DNA from: Sminthopsis crassicaudata
Taxonomy: Eukaryota
Assembly (NCBI RefSeq): GCF_048593235.1
Contig: NC_133623.1
Location: 57,626,066-57,690,065 of the forward strand
DNA: 64,000 bases
Reading direction: 5' to 3'
Below are positions 1 to 11,802 of the stretch, one piece after another. The notes beneath the pieces are model-generated. The model did no database searches. It had not been told where the DNA came from and was given only the letters and a program-made list of their open reading frames with translations. Each line of letters starts with the position of its first letter. Position 1 is the first letter of the stretch. The position numbers were made by a program, and so were the translations under genes.

Positions 1-1286
1 CCCCTTCCCTCTCCCCACTTTCCCTCCTCTTCCCTCAACAGCCCCCCTTCTATTCCCCTCCCCCTCCACGCACGGTCCCGCCTCCTGCTCCCCTCCCCCT
101 CCATGCACGGCCCCCCACTTCTGCTCCTCCCTCCTTGGCACGCTTTCCCTTCTCTCCCCTTGCTTGGTACCCCACTTCCTGCCTCCCTCACCCTGCTTTC
201 TTTCCTCTCCCGTAGCTCAGTAGGAAATGCTCAGGATGCGGGAGATATGGATGTCAATCCTGCCTCCTCCTCGGGATAACCGACCCGGGGCGGGCCTTTA
301 ACCTTCCCGAACCTCAGTTTCCCCAATGAGAATAGCTGGCCCCTGGGCCGCTGGGACTCACCGGGATCCTAAGAGATAAAGGTTAGCAGTCAGGTGTTCT
401 TTTTTGAACTCCTTAAAAAGCACCGTCCTTATTCTCTCTCTATTCGCTTCCAGGCCCACCTCCATCCTTTCGGTGCACTCCCCGTCCTCCCCGTGCTTCC
501 CAGGTGTGGGGGAGGGACCTGTGTCCGGGCCGTCGCTGAGGAGGTGCGGACCTGAGTCAGCCCTGGCATTTTAGGAAGGGGGAGGTGGGGCGGGGGAGGA
601 GATCCTGCCACCAGCCTCCACACTCTCGGCCCAGGAGGGCGCGGCGCTGACTCAGCCCAGCACCTGTCGTTTCTCTGGCTCCCATTCTCCCAGGGGCCGA
701 AAACTGGGCCCAGAAATCCCCCTCCTTCCAGCCTGTTCCCTCGTGACTCATTCTAGGCCGTACCTGACCCCATCCCTCCAAGTGACTCAAGTTTCAGCTG
801 AAAGTCGCCTCTGTCCTCAGCACCACCAGGCTTAGCTGGGGGGGGGCACCGACCTCCGAGTCAGGGGGTGGGCTCTCGGTGCCGACATCCGGACCCCGAG
901 GGGACTTAGCTGTGCTCACTCAGCCCCCGAAGGAATTTTACCTGCTGCCCCGCCCCGGTAATCCCATCACTTTCTCCTTCAAGGATCCCATTAGAACTAG
1001 AGGGCCTCTTCTCTTTTACCAATCCCGGATTTTGCAAAATCTCCTCGGAGAGCCTTTTTCCTGCTCCGCCTAAAGGGCCGGTTTTCTTCTAGCTCTGCCT
1101 TCTCTACAGAAACCCTTACCTCTCTCTGCTGGCTTGCCCCTCCCCCTTAAGATGGGTCATCCCAATTCAGTGCCCTCGCTCCACTGGGAAATGGCTTGAG
1201 CCTGAATTCTTTTGGAGATGACTCTGCAAGCCCGTGCCGCCCCTCCCCCCTCCCCTCTGCACACACTGCCTTCTCTTTAAAGCTCC

Positions 1287-2170
1287 GTTACACACACACA
1301 GACACACTCACACTTTCACACACATACACACACCTTCTCACACACAGACACACACTTTGTCACAGACTTTCTCTCACACACATACACACTCACACCTCAC
1401 ACAGACACACACTTTGTCACACACAGACACTTTCTCACACACACTGTCACACACAGACTTTCTCTCACACACACACTTTCTCACACACACTTTGTCACAC
1501 ACAGACTTTCTCTCACACACACACACACACAGACACTCACACACACACTTTCTCACACACACTTTGTCACACAGACACACACACACACTTTGTCACAGAC
1601 TTTCTCTCACACACATACACACTCACACCTTCTCACACACAGACACACACTTTGTCACACACAGACACTTTCTCACACACAGACTTTCTCTCACACACAC
1701 ACTTTCACACACACTTTGTCACACACAGACTTTCTCTCACACACACACTTTCACACACACTTTGTCACACACAGACTTTCTCTCACACACACACTTTCAC
1801 ACACACTTTGTCACACACAGACTTTCTCTCACACACAGACACACACAGACACTCACACACACACTTTCTCACACACACTTTGTCACACACAGACTTTCTC
1901 TCACACACACACAGACACTCACACCTTCTCACACACACACTTTGTCACACACACACACTTTGTCACACACAGACACACTTTCACACACACACAGACTTAC
2001 TCACACACACACACACACACTTTCTCACACAGACACACACACAGACACACACTTTGTCACACACACACACTTTGTCACACACAGACACACTTTCACACAC
2101 ACACAGACTTACTCACACACACACACACTTTCTCACACAGACACACACACAGACACTCACACTCACACCG
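1287..2170. repeat. Compound (CA)n minisatellite with CTTT/GACTTT interruptions
   Basis: Recurring CACACAGACTTTCTCTCACACACACACTTTGT-like units. Confidence 0.95.
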
Positions 2171-3340
2171 AACTTACTGCTCATCCCTCACGGTGACTGA
2201 CTTCGGACTTGGCCGAGCATTCCGCGCATTGGGAACTTGACCCTTTACAATAAGAAGTAACTTTGGCTCAGTTTTAAGGCTAAGTCACGTTCCGCGTTTC
2301 CCAGGAGGCTGGGACAGCCCCGTGAGTCACGGACGGCAGGAATTGTCCTGAAAGAACAAGGCTCAGGGTCTGCCCTAGTGACCCCCCCCACCCCCCCCCG
2401 CGAGGCGCTGAAGCTGATTCGCTGCCGCGCGTGACACACACAGTCCCGTCCCACAGTCCCGGGATGACACATGTCTCCGAGTTCTCCCTCCCCTCCCCCC
2501 CATAACCGTGAGAGGGCGGGCCTTCTTATCCCACAGCTGAGTTAAGCGGCGCGCGGGGTCTAGATTAAAGCGGATGCTTAGGTTATGGGGAAAGAGTCTT
2601 TTTTAGCTTCCCCAGTTGCTCGACACCGAAGGAAAAGCCGGTTAGCAGCCGCCGAGCGCTGAGAGGTTTTTCGGTCCGGATGAAGAGCTTGGAACCCAAC
2701 CCAGGGTGTCCTGGACATTTCTGGGGCGGTCTCAAGTGGACTAAAGAGAGCCAAGAGGCGCGCGCCCGCCGCGGAGCGGAGACGGAGGATGTTCTCCCCG
2801 AATCCGCGCCCACAAGGGCGGCAACAGTTCGCACGCGCTGGGAGAGCTCGCCGCCCTTATTAGCTCCATTTTACAGAGGAGGAGACTGAGGCTGAGGGGT
2901 CCCTTTGTATAGATCGGGACCGGGCCAGGGCTGAGAAATCCTAAGAGAACTGACGCGGGCCTGGGCGCGCTGGCCTCTCTTGGCCCCCGGCGCGCCCCGG
3001 ATGTTTAGGAGACTCAGGGTCAGAAGCTCACGAGACCAGGCGAGTTTCGGTCAGAAGGGCGGGAGGCGGGGCCAGGGATTCCCTCCCCTAGGTGCGTCAC
3101 CGCACGCACGTCCCAGGGCGGGGCCAGGGCTTCCCCGGGGAGGGCCGGGGCCGGGGGGCGTGGCCTCGGTTAACCCCTCGGTCGCCGCGGTCTGGCCGGA
3201 AGGAAGCGGCAGCTGCGGAGGGAGGGAAACCCGGAACCGCGGCGCCCAGGCCGGCCACACCCCCGGCTTTAAAGGGGCCCGAAGAGGATCCCGGGCCGAG
3301 CCGGGCCGGCCAGAGCCAAGAGCTGCGGCCTTGGGAGGGC

Positions 3341-6300
3341 ATGAGACGTTGTCCCTGCCGGTCGCCGCCGGCCACGGAGGCGAGGAGGCGGCGGAGCCGA
3401 GGCCCGGGGCCCGAGGGGGGCGGGCTGCTCCCGGCGCGGGATCGGCCGGACGCCGCCAGGGCCCCGGACAGCGCCGGGGATCCCCCGGACTCCGCCGAGG
3501 CCCGGGGGACGCTGGACGCTACCGGGGGCTGGGATGCGCCGCGAGGGTCACTGGACACCGTAGGACCCCACGGGACGTTGGACAGAGCTGGGCCCCGAGA
3601 CGCTGCCGGGGCCCCGGGGACGCCTGACGCGACTGGGGAAGCGGGGATGCTGGACACCGCCGGGACGCGAGAAGAGGCGGCCAGAACCGAGCCCCGGGGG
3701 GCGCAGGACACCGCCGGGGCCAACTGGCCGCTGGTCTCTGCCGTGGCCGGGGGTCTCGGGACTGCTGGGGGTGTTGGGCCTCTGCTGCGCCTCAGGGGGG
3801 CCTCAGATGGGTCAGGCAGAGCCGGGCTCCAGGGCCCACAGGACGGCCCCGAGGCACCAGGTAATCTAGTCAGAGCTGGGGCCCTGGGGCAGCCGGGCAG
3901 AGCTGACGAGTCCTGGGACCAGCCGGGCAGAGCTGATGAGCCCCAGGACCAGGGAGACACCTCCGGGACTTGGCAGCTCGGAGCTGGGGCCCCGGGGCAG
4001 CCCGACAGAGCTCCGTCCTGGGAACTGAAGGCCAGAGAAAGCTCTGAGTCCAGGCAGGATGGAGACCGCCCCCCGGGGGAGCCCTCCAGAGACAACCACA
4101 GGACAAGGCCAGAGCAAGAGGGCTCTGGGGATCAGCTAAACAAAGCCGGCCCCCCGGGGATGGCTGGCAGAGTGGGGCCCTGGGCATGGAGTGACGGAGG
4201 CAGTGCCCAGGCCGGGCTGGACAAAGGCAGCCCCCAGGGCCTGATGGTGGGAGCCGGCCCCCAGGGGAGACATGGCCCGGCCGTCTCCATGGTAAGGCCA
4301 GAGAAGGCTGGCCTTGGGGAACAAGGAGCCACAAAGCACCATCAAACTGAAGGCCCTGGCCAGCACGGCTCCACGCCGGGGCTGCCCGGGACTGAGAGAG
4401 TCGGCCTCCTCAGACAGCCCGACGAAGAGCCCTCCCAGCCGAACCCAGAGGAGCCTGGTCTCTGGGGACTGCAGGACAGACACCACTCAGAAGCACTGTC
4501 GGACGCAGCCTTCCCCCAGCTCGGTCCAGAGAGGAGGGCCTCTGGGGCACTGAGCAGAGACGCCCTTCGAAGCTGGCCGGACAGAGGTGACCTGGAGGGG
4601 GACCGCCTCGGGGCACAGCTGGATGGGGCAGCGGGCCTTGTACCTGGGCCAGCTGGTGAGGGTTTCGCGGGAAGGCTGGATGTTCAGATTGCTCCCAGGT
4701 GGCTCAAGAGAGACAGATCGGAGGCAGGGTCACTGCACTGCTGGAGCCGCGCAGACAGTGAGGGAGGTCTGCCCGGGGGGCTGGATGGTGACATGGTCCA
4801 GGGGCAGCCAGACTGTCCGGGCACAGACGGTCCCGTACCCCAGCCAGAGCGTGAGAGCCCTCTGGGGAAGCAGGCCACTGGAGACGGTCCTTTCCTGGAG
4901 CCAGAGAGGGCTGGCTTCTGGGGACAGCGGGATGAAGATGTCCCCATAGGACCGCTGGACAGAGACGGGGCAGAGCTCCCCAGTGCCTGGGCCCAGCCTC
5001 ACAGATGTGGACCTGAGCCACAGCTAGAGCAGCTGGACGGCAAGGTCCCACTGGGCGCAGAGCAGGATGGCCTTTGGGGACCAAGGGATGGAGATGCTGG
5101 CCCTGGGAGGCAGCTGGATGGGGAAGGCTTGGACAGGGGGCTCAGAGATAGGCCTGTAGTAAGGCCAGAGAGTCCTGGGGGTTGTAGACACTTCAGGGAT
5201 GGCTTTGAACCCAGGCTGGTCCAAGCTGGGCCCCTGGCTGCTCTGGACATCGACCCCCCCCCAGGGCAGCTGAAGCTGGGGGGCCCCGGCGGGGCCCTGG
5301 AGTTCCTTCTGCTTGAAGAGCGGTGCCATACCCTGCTCTCTGAAGGCCCCCAGGGGCCTGTGCCACGGGTGATCATCACCCCTGAGCCCGGGGCTGGACC
5401 GCAGGGCCAGGAGCAGGAAGCCCCTTGGCCCCATCCCGTGGGGTCCCCAGCCAGGGGCCCTGGAGGCAGCGGAGGCCTGTCATCTGCCTCATCCTTCGAT
5501 GAGTCCGAGGACGACGTGGTCATCGGCAGCGGAGGCGGCAGCGATGCTGAGGAGGGTCCCAGGGTGAATAGAGCCCCGTCCCCCCACTGTCCCTGGGGTC
5601 CTCATGCCCTTTCCCACAATGTTCTTATTTTCCTCCTGCACCCCCACTGGCCCTGGTCTGCCTCTGACCCCCACTGGCCCTGGTCTGCCTTCTGACCCCG
5701 GCTCTGGTCTGCCTCTGACCCCCACTGGTCCTGGTCTGTGCTTCCTCATTCCCACCAGTCCTGGCCCACCCTCTGACCCCCACCGACCCTGATCTGCTCT
5801 CTGACCCCCACCAGCCCTGAAGGATGGTCTTTGCTCAACCTGTTCTTATCCTTGTCCCATCCCACATCTCTCAAAAACATGGGGTGGGGCCCTGGTGAGT
5901 CAGGGCCCGCCAGCCCTCGCCAGGCTGGTTTGGAAAGCCCATGGGCCGGGTGGGTGAGTGAGAGAGCAGGAATCCTTTGATCTGGCACTGGGGGCAAGAG
6001 AGCAGGCTTTGGGAGCGCAGCACCAGTTGTGGCTGCCCCCGGTCATCTCCCGTCTGGGTGGGCTTCCCAGCAGAGGGAATGCTGGGAAGGAGCTTCACCA
6101 GACACCCCTTCCCCCACTGGGGCAGGGACTCCTAAGGCAGCCAGATTCCTGTCTAGGCATGAAGGTGGATGGGCCTGGGGCACGTAAACAGCCACATGAC
6201 TCTACAGGCCTGGACCGCTCGGTGCCTATGGGAGCCTGGCATGTTACCTTGCTCTTGGCCTCCCAGACTTGTCTCTCCCCCCATCTCCAAGGCAGAAGGA

Positions 6301-9300
6301 CCTCGTCCACCCCAGACCTTTCATTTTTTTTTTTTTCCCCATTTTTTTAAGTGACTCGCCCAGGGTCACACAGCTAGGAAGTGTTAAGTGTCTGAGACCA
6401 GATTTGACTTCAGGTCCTCCTGACTTCAGGGCTGGTGCTCTATCCTTAGCTGCCCCAGGCCTTTCATTTAGAGACGGGAAGACTGAGGCCGAGGGGATGG
6501 GGACTCTCCCACTATGGTCCATGAGCCAGTGAGGAAAGTCCCCAGCGTCCCAGCTCAGAGTTCTTGTGGCCTCTGGCCACCTGTTTCTTTTGCAAGAGCA
6601 CACCCCAGCTACTTGGATGTCACCCACTAATCTCCCCCGACTCACACAGCCCAAGAAACTGCTCTTTAAGCTGGCCCAGGGAGGGCCGGATTTGGACACC
6701 AGCCTCGTGCCCCCGTCTCAGTCCCCAGAATGAGAGTTTGGGCTTTTTTGGGGGGGCATTCTAGAAACCTGGCTTTCCTTTAGCATCATTCCCCATAATC
6801 CCCAGCTCTCATTTCCAAAGCTTTCCCCCTGTCTCCCCATCTTCCTCACCCTCTCCTTTTGTTTGTGTCTCTCCATTTTCTCATCCTCCCATGATCCTTA
6901 TTGAGAAGGGCTGACTTGGCTGGAGATGGGGATCCCGGGGGTAGGGGGCTTCTCATGGATCCTTCTGCCCATCTCTCTGGGCTGGGGAGCTCTCCCGCCA
7001 GCACCTTCCCCTTCCCCCATTAAAGGTCATCTGCTCTCTGTCTCGGTTAGAACATGTCCTGGAGGAAGCTGAAGTCGGCCGTGCACTGTGCGCCCTTTGT
7101 GGTGTCCTTCCGGACGCATTATCCCTGGGTCCAGCTGTCCGGACACAAGGGTACGGGCCAGGTTTGGGCTGGGGGTGGGGCACGGTGCTGCTCTGGCCCT
7201 GACTAGCATCCGTCCCTTGTCCCCTCTGGATAGAAAGGGGAATGCAGGCCGGGAGCTGAAGTGAGGCAGCCTGGATGCCCAGCGGCGTGTGTGTGGGGGG
7301 CCCTACCCTGTTTCTGCCCCTCTCAGAGTTGCTACTTTGCTTCCAGGAAACTTCCAGGCTGGGGAAGATGGGCGGATCCTGAAAAGGTTCTGTGAGAGTG
7401 AACAGCGGAGCCTGGAGAAGCTGATGGAGGATGCCCTTCGCCCGTTTGTACCTACCTATTATGGGGTGGTGGAGCAGGACGGAGAAGCCTTCAATCAGAT
7501 GGAGGACCTGCTGGCTGACTTCAGCACGCCTTCCATCATGGACTGCAAGATGGGCACCAGGTGGGCTCTGGTGGGGTGCCAGGCACTGAGGAAGGCACGG
7601 GGGGAGCTGGCACAGAGGGGGACTCTGGGGAGCGCAAGGGGCATCTGAAGGGGCATTGACTCTCCTTGGTTCTGGGAACTGGGTCTGAAAGGATTGGGGG
7701 GTGCGGAGGCTGGAGCTGCCTGAAGCCCCACCTCTGTCTTCTCCCCCCAAGGACTTACCTGGAGGAAGAGCTGGCAAAGGCCCGGGAGCGTCCCCGACCT
7801 CGTCGGGACATGTATGAAAAGATGGTGGCCGTGGACCCCAGTGCTCCCACCCCGGAGGAGCACGCCCAGGGCGCCGTCACCAAGCCCCGCTACATGCAGT
7901 GGCGAGAGACGGTGAGCTCCACGGCCACTTTGGGCTTCCGGATCGAGGGCATCAAGGTGAGGAGGCCTCTGGGTGAGAGTGGGGGTGGTAGCTGTGACTG
8001 AAGGGGGAAGGGCACACCTGGAGGGGTCTGGGGTCCCCTTCACTTACAAGCTTGCAGCCATCTGCTTAATCTGAGCCTGGGTTTCATCTATATAATTGGA
8101 ACTTATACTTGCGTTATCTCTCAAAGGGCTATTATAAAAAACTTGGCAAGCTTTAAAATGAAATAGGAATAACGATGTTTGAGGGATGGTAATGGCTTCC
8201 TTTTCTCTGGCTGGAAGAGGGTCCTTCCCTTTTTTGTGGGGCTTGGATCCCTTTCAAAGGCCAGCTAGCCCCGTACCGTCCCCCCCATGCTTCCATGAGC
8301 TCCAGGGCTTGGCAGGGGTGCAGCAGCTGCTGCTGGGGTGGCGTACCCTCGGACCCTGGGGGGTGGGGGGAGGGCCGGTCAGTGACCTGCTGCCTGCCCC
8401 TGTGCTCCCTCAGAAGGCAGACGGCACCTGCAACACCAACTTCAAGAAGACTCAGAGAGCGGAGCAGGTCACCCGCGTCCTGGAGGACTTCGTGAACGGT
8501 GACCGCAACCTCCTGGTGAGGAAACGTGTCCCCCCCTTTCCCATCCACTGCAAATCCCTACCCCTGTCCTTGGTGCAAATCCAGGTCTCTCACCCTCTAG
8601 CTCATTGAATTTGGCTGCCCTGGCCCATTTGTGAGCCTCAGTTTCCTCCTCTGTGAAATGAGCTGGCTGTCCTAGAGCTTTGGTCCCGACTGGATGGGGT
8701 CCTTCTTTGGGAAACAGGAGTGAGCCCAGGCTCACTCCATGGGGAGTGCGGGGCAGAGGCACGTCCCCAAGTCTTGAAGTTGACAGCTCCCCCATCTCCA
8801 CAGAGGAAGTATGTGGAACGCTTGCAAGAGCTTCGAGGAACCCTGGAAAACTCGCCCTTTTTCCGAACTCATGAGGTGAGCAGGGGAGCCGTGCCGGGCT
8901 GGGGTAGGGCTGCCTTACAGCCTCGGCACAAATAGGGCACCCGTGAGGCACTTAGCACAGGGTCTGCTTTCTCCTAGACTGGGGTGCAACAGGGCTTGGG
9001 AAAGAGGTCTGCTCACCTGTTTCCCCATTCTGTTACACTGTCTGTTCACCTGGGCCTCCAGTTTCCCCATTGTGTTGCATTGTCTGTTCACGTGGGCCTC
9101 CATGTTCCTTATTCTGTTGCCTTGTCTGCTCACCTGGGCCTCTGTTTCCCCATTCTGTTACACTGTCTGTTCACCTGGGCCTCCAGTTTCCCCATTCTGT
9201 TGCCTTGTCTGTTCACCTGGGCCTCCATGTTCCTTATTCTGTTGCCTTGTCTGCTCACCTGGGCCTCTGTTTCCCCATTCTGTTGCCTTGTCTGTTCACC

Positions 9301-10496
9301 TGGGCCTCCATGTTCCTTATTCTGTTGCCTTGTCTGCTCACCTGGGCCTCTGTTTCCCCATTCTGTTGTCTTGTCTGTTCACCTGGGCCTCCATGTTCCT
9401 TATTCTGTTGCCTTGTCTGCTCACCTGGGCCTCTGTTTCCCCATTCTGTTACACTGTCTGTTCACCTGGGCCTCCAGTTTCCCCATTCTGTTGCCTTGTC
9501 TGTTCACCTGGGCCTCCATGTTCCTTATTCTGTTGCCTTGTCTGCTCACCTGGGCCTCTGTTTCCCCATTCTGTTGCCTTGTCTGTTCACCTGGGCCTCC
9601 ATGTTCCTTATTCTGTTGCCTTGTCTGCTCACCTGGGCCTCTGTTTCCCCATTCTGTTGTCTTGTCTGTTCACCTGGGCCTCCATGTTCCTTATTCTGTT
9701 GCCTTGTCTGCTCACCTGGGCCTCTGTTTCCCCATTCTGTTACACTGTCTGTTCACCTGGGCCTCCAGTTTCCCCATTCTGTTGCCTTGTCTGTTCACCT
9801 GGGCCTCCATGTTCCTTATTCTGTTGCCTTTGTCTGCTCACCTGGGCCTCTGTTTCCCCATTCTGTTGCCTTGTCTGTTCACCTGGGCCTCCATGTTCCT
9901 TATTCTGTTGCCTTGTCTGCTCACCTGGGCCTCTGTTTCCCCATTCTGTTGTCTTGTCTGTTCACCTGGGCCTCCATGTTCCTTATTCTGTTGCCTTGTC
10001 TGCTCACCTGGGCCTCTGTTTCCCCATTCTGTTGCATTGTCTGCTCAGCTGGGCCTCTGTTTCCTCATTCTGTTGCACTGTCCTTTCCTTATTTTGTTAC
10101 ACTGTGTCTGCTCACCTGTTTCCTCATTCTATTGCACTGTCTGCTCACCTGAGCCTCCCATTTCCCATTCTGGTGCACTCTTGGCCTCTGCTCCCTGACC
10201 TCTGCCACTCTCCTGACCCAGGGGAGGGGCCTCCCCTTCCTCCCCCCCTCCCACTCTCAGTCTCCCTGACTCAGCCTTCTCTTTTTCCCCAGGTGGTGGG
10301 CAGCTCACTTCTCTTTGTCCATGACCAGAGCGGTCTGGCTAAGGTCTGGATGATCGACTTCGGCAAAACTGTCCCTCTGCCGCCACCCCAGACCCTCAGC
10401 CACCGGCTGCCCTGGGAAGAGGGCAATCGTGAGGATGGTTACCTGTGGGGTCTGGACAACGTCATCGAGCTTCTGGACAGCCTGGCCCGGAACTGA
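3341..10496 (+). CDS. ITPKC: Inositol-trisphosphate 3-kinase C, 7 coding exons, ~1039 aa
   Basis: Exons 3341-5563, 7051-7150, 7347-7560, 7752-7956, 8414-8515, 8804-8875, 10293-10496; all GT-AG, phases join, total 3120 nt. Starts MRRCPCR; contains [66 protein letters not shown] (IP3 kinase motifs). Confidence 0.96.
5630..5815. repeat. ~26 bp degenerate tandem repeat, ITPKC intron 1
   Basis: CCCCACTGGCCCTGGTCTGCCTCTGA-like unit, 5-6 copies. Confidence 0.75.
6324..6456 (-). mobile_element. Marsupial tRNA-derived SINE (WSINE1/SINE-1-like)
   Basis: Reverse complement of GGGCAGCTA...CCTGAAGTCAGGAGGACCTG...ACACTTAACACTTCCTAGCTGTGTGACCCTGGG with poly(A) tail. Confidence 0.85.
9005..10160. repeat. 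41/42 bp minisatellite with 291 bp higher-order repeat, ITPKC intron 6
   Basis: Alternating 41 and 42 bp monomers; marker variant TTACACTG at 9160, 9451, 9742. Confidence 0.95.
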
Positions 10497-11466
10497 GCCC
10501 CCAGGGCAGGACTGACTGGGGGGGGGGGACCTTCACTCCCACCCTGGGATTTATTTATTTTTGGGTATTACAGGTGGCAGGGGGGTGGCAATTGAAACAA
10601 GAAGTCTGTGCCCACTGACCCCTTTGGCTCCAAGGAGGGGGACCCAAGGGAGGGAACACAAAGGAGGGGGAGCTGGCTGCTGGGCACTGCTCCTCCAGCT
10701 TCGGAATCTGGTACCACGCTTGCTTGCTGTGCCGCCGGTGACCTGTGGGCGAGAAGGCTCTCCCTCCGAGAGGCCTTTCACCCCAATACCAGCACCAGTT
10801 TTGGGGGAATGAGGAGCCTGGCCCCCAGCTAACACTGTGACTCCTACTCTTAGTGAAGGGGTCCCCTATACCTGGCCCTGCTTTGGTCAGGCTTGGGGGA
10901 GGGGAGAAGCCTTCTTGATCCTATTCTTCCTCCCAGAGGCCTCTGCTTCCTAGCTTGGATTGAGGGAAGGAGGCTGAAGGGGCTGGCTGTTCTCTGCCCT
11001 CCCCATTTGCTGTGACCATCATTGCCTCTGCCAGAGGCTCTGGGCCGGCCTCTCGGCCTTCCGCCTGCATTGAGGCTTGCTGGTGGCCAACCCTGGAGCC
11101 CAAGAACCAAAGACTAGGCCATCCGTGTACCTGAGGGCGAGGGAGAAAACCCTGGCCCTTATTCGTTTTCCTGCTCCCCAAGGAGTTGGGGAGGGGCCTG
11201 CATTTACAACTAGCCCCTCACGTTTTCCTTCTGGAGAAATGGAAAGTGCGGAGTTGGGGTTCTAGGCCAGACCCCAACTTCCCAGCACTGTTTTTTCACT
11301 ACATGTTGGCTGCCCCCCAAGTTCTAGCCTTAATGAAGCTCCTTCCTGGCCCGGGGGGGCAGGGGAGGGAGGGAGAACAGGGGTATGCTCTTTCTACTTA
11401 TTTATAAAGAGGGGTGGGCTGATACTGGGAGGGAGGGGATGGGGCGGGGGCCTCGATACTCCCTGA

Positions 11467-11472
11467 AATAAA
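11467..11472 (+). terminator. ITPKC polyadenylation signal AATAAA
   Basis: AATAAA ~1 kb after the stop, followed by T/GT-rich sequence. Confidence 0.7.
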
Positions 11473-11802
11473 GCCTGGTGATTTTTCCACAAGCTCTGGT
11501 GAGTTGAGTTTTGGAGAGCCCCCTTCATGGGGCAGCTTCAAGACATTGAGCGCTGAAGGGGGAAGAATGACCCAGGATGTTCCTCACAGCAGCACCGCCA
11601 TTTATGAGCCCTTCTGCCCCGACAGTCCACCCCACTGTACAGAAGGTCCCTGACAAGTAGTTGTGGCCCAGAAGCTCCGGGACAAGGACCCAGCCTTTGG
11701 GCCTCCAGGTCCCATGTTCCTCACTTGGCCACTTCCGTGGCTGTCGGCCCCTCCGTCTCCCTCAGGCCCCGGCGTCACCCCCCTGTGGGGCAGGCCCAAG
11801 CA

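Noticed and set aside
429-623. Minus-strand ORF starting MWRLVAG, resembling the COQ8B N-terminus
   Set aside because: Start codon is GTG and the similarity ends after ~7 residues.
1196-2240. His/Thr-rich ORFs of 216-334 aa
   Set aside because: Direct translation of the CA repeat; open in all frames only because the repeat lacks stop codons.
8943-10496. 517-aa Cys/Leu-rich ORF in frame with ITPKC exon 7
   Set aside because: GTG start; the A-poor repeat is stop-free in all three frames; reading on from exon 6 hits TAG at 8933-8935. Only 10293-10496 is real coding.
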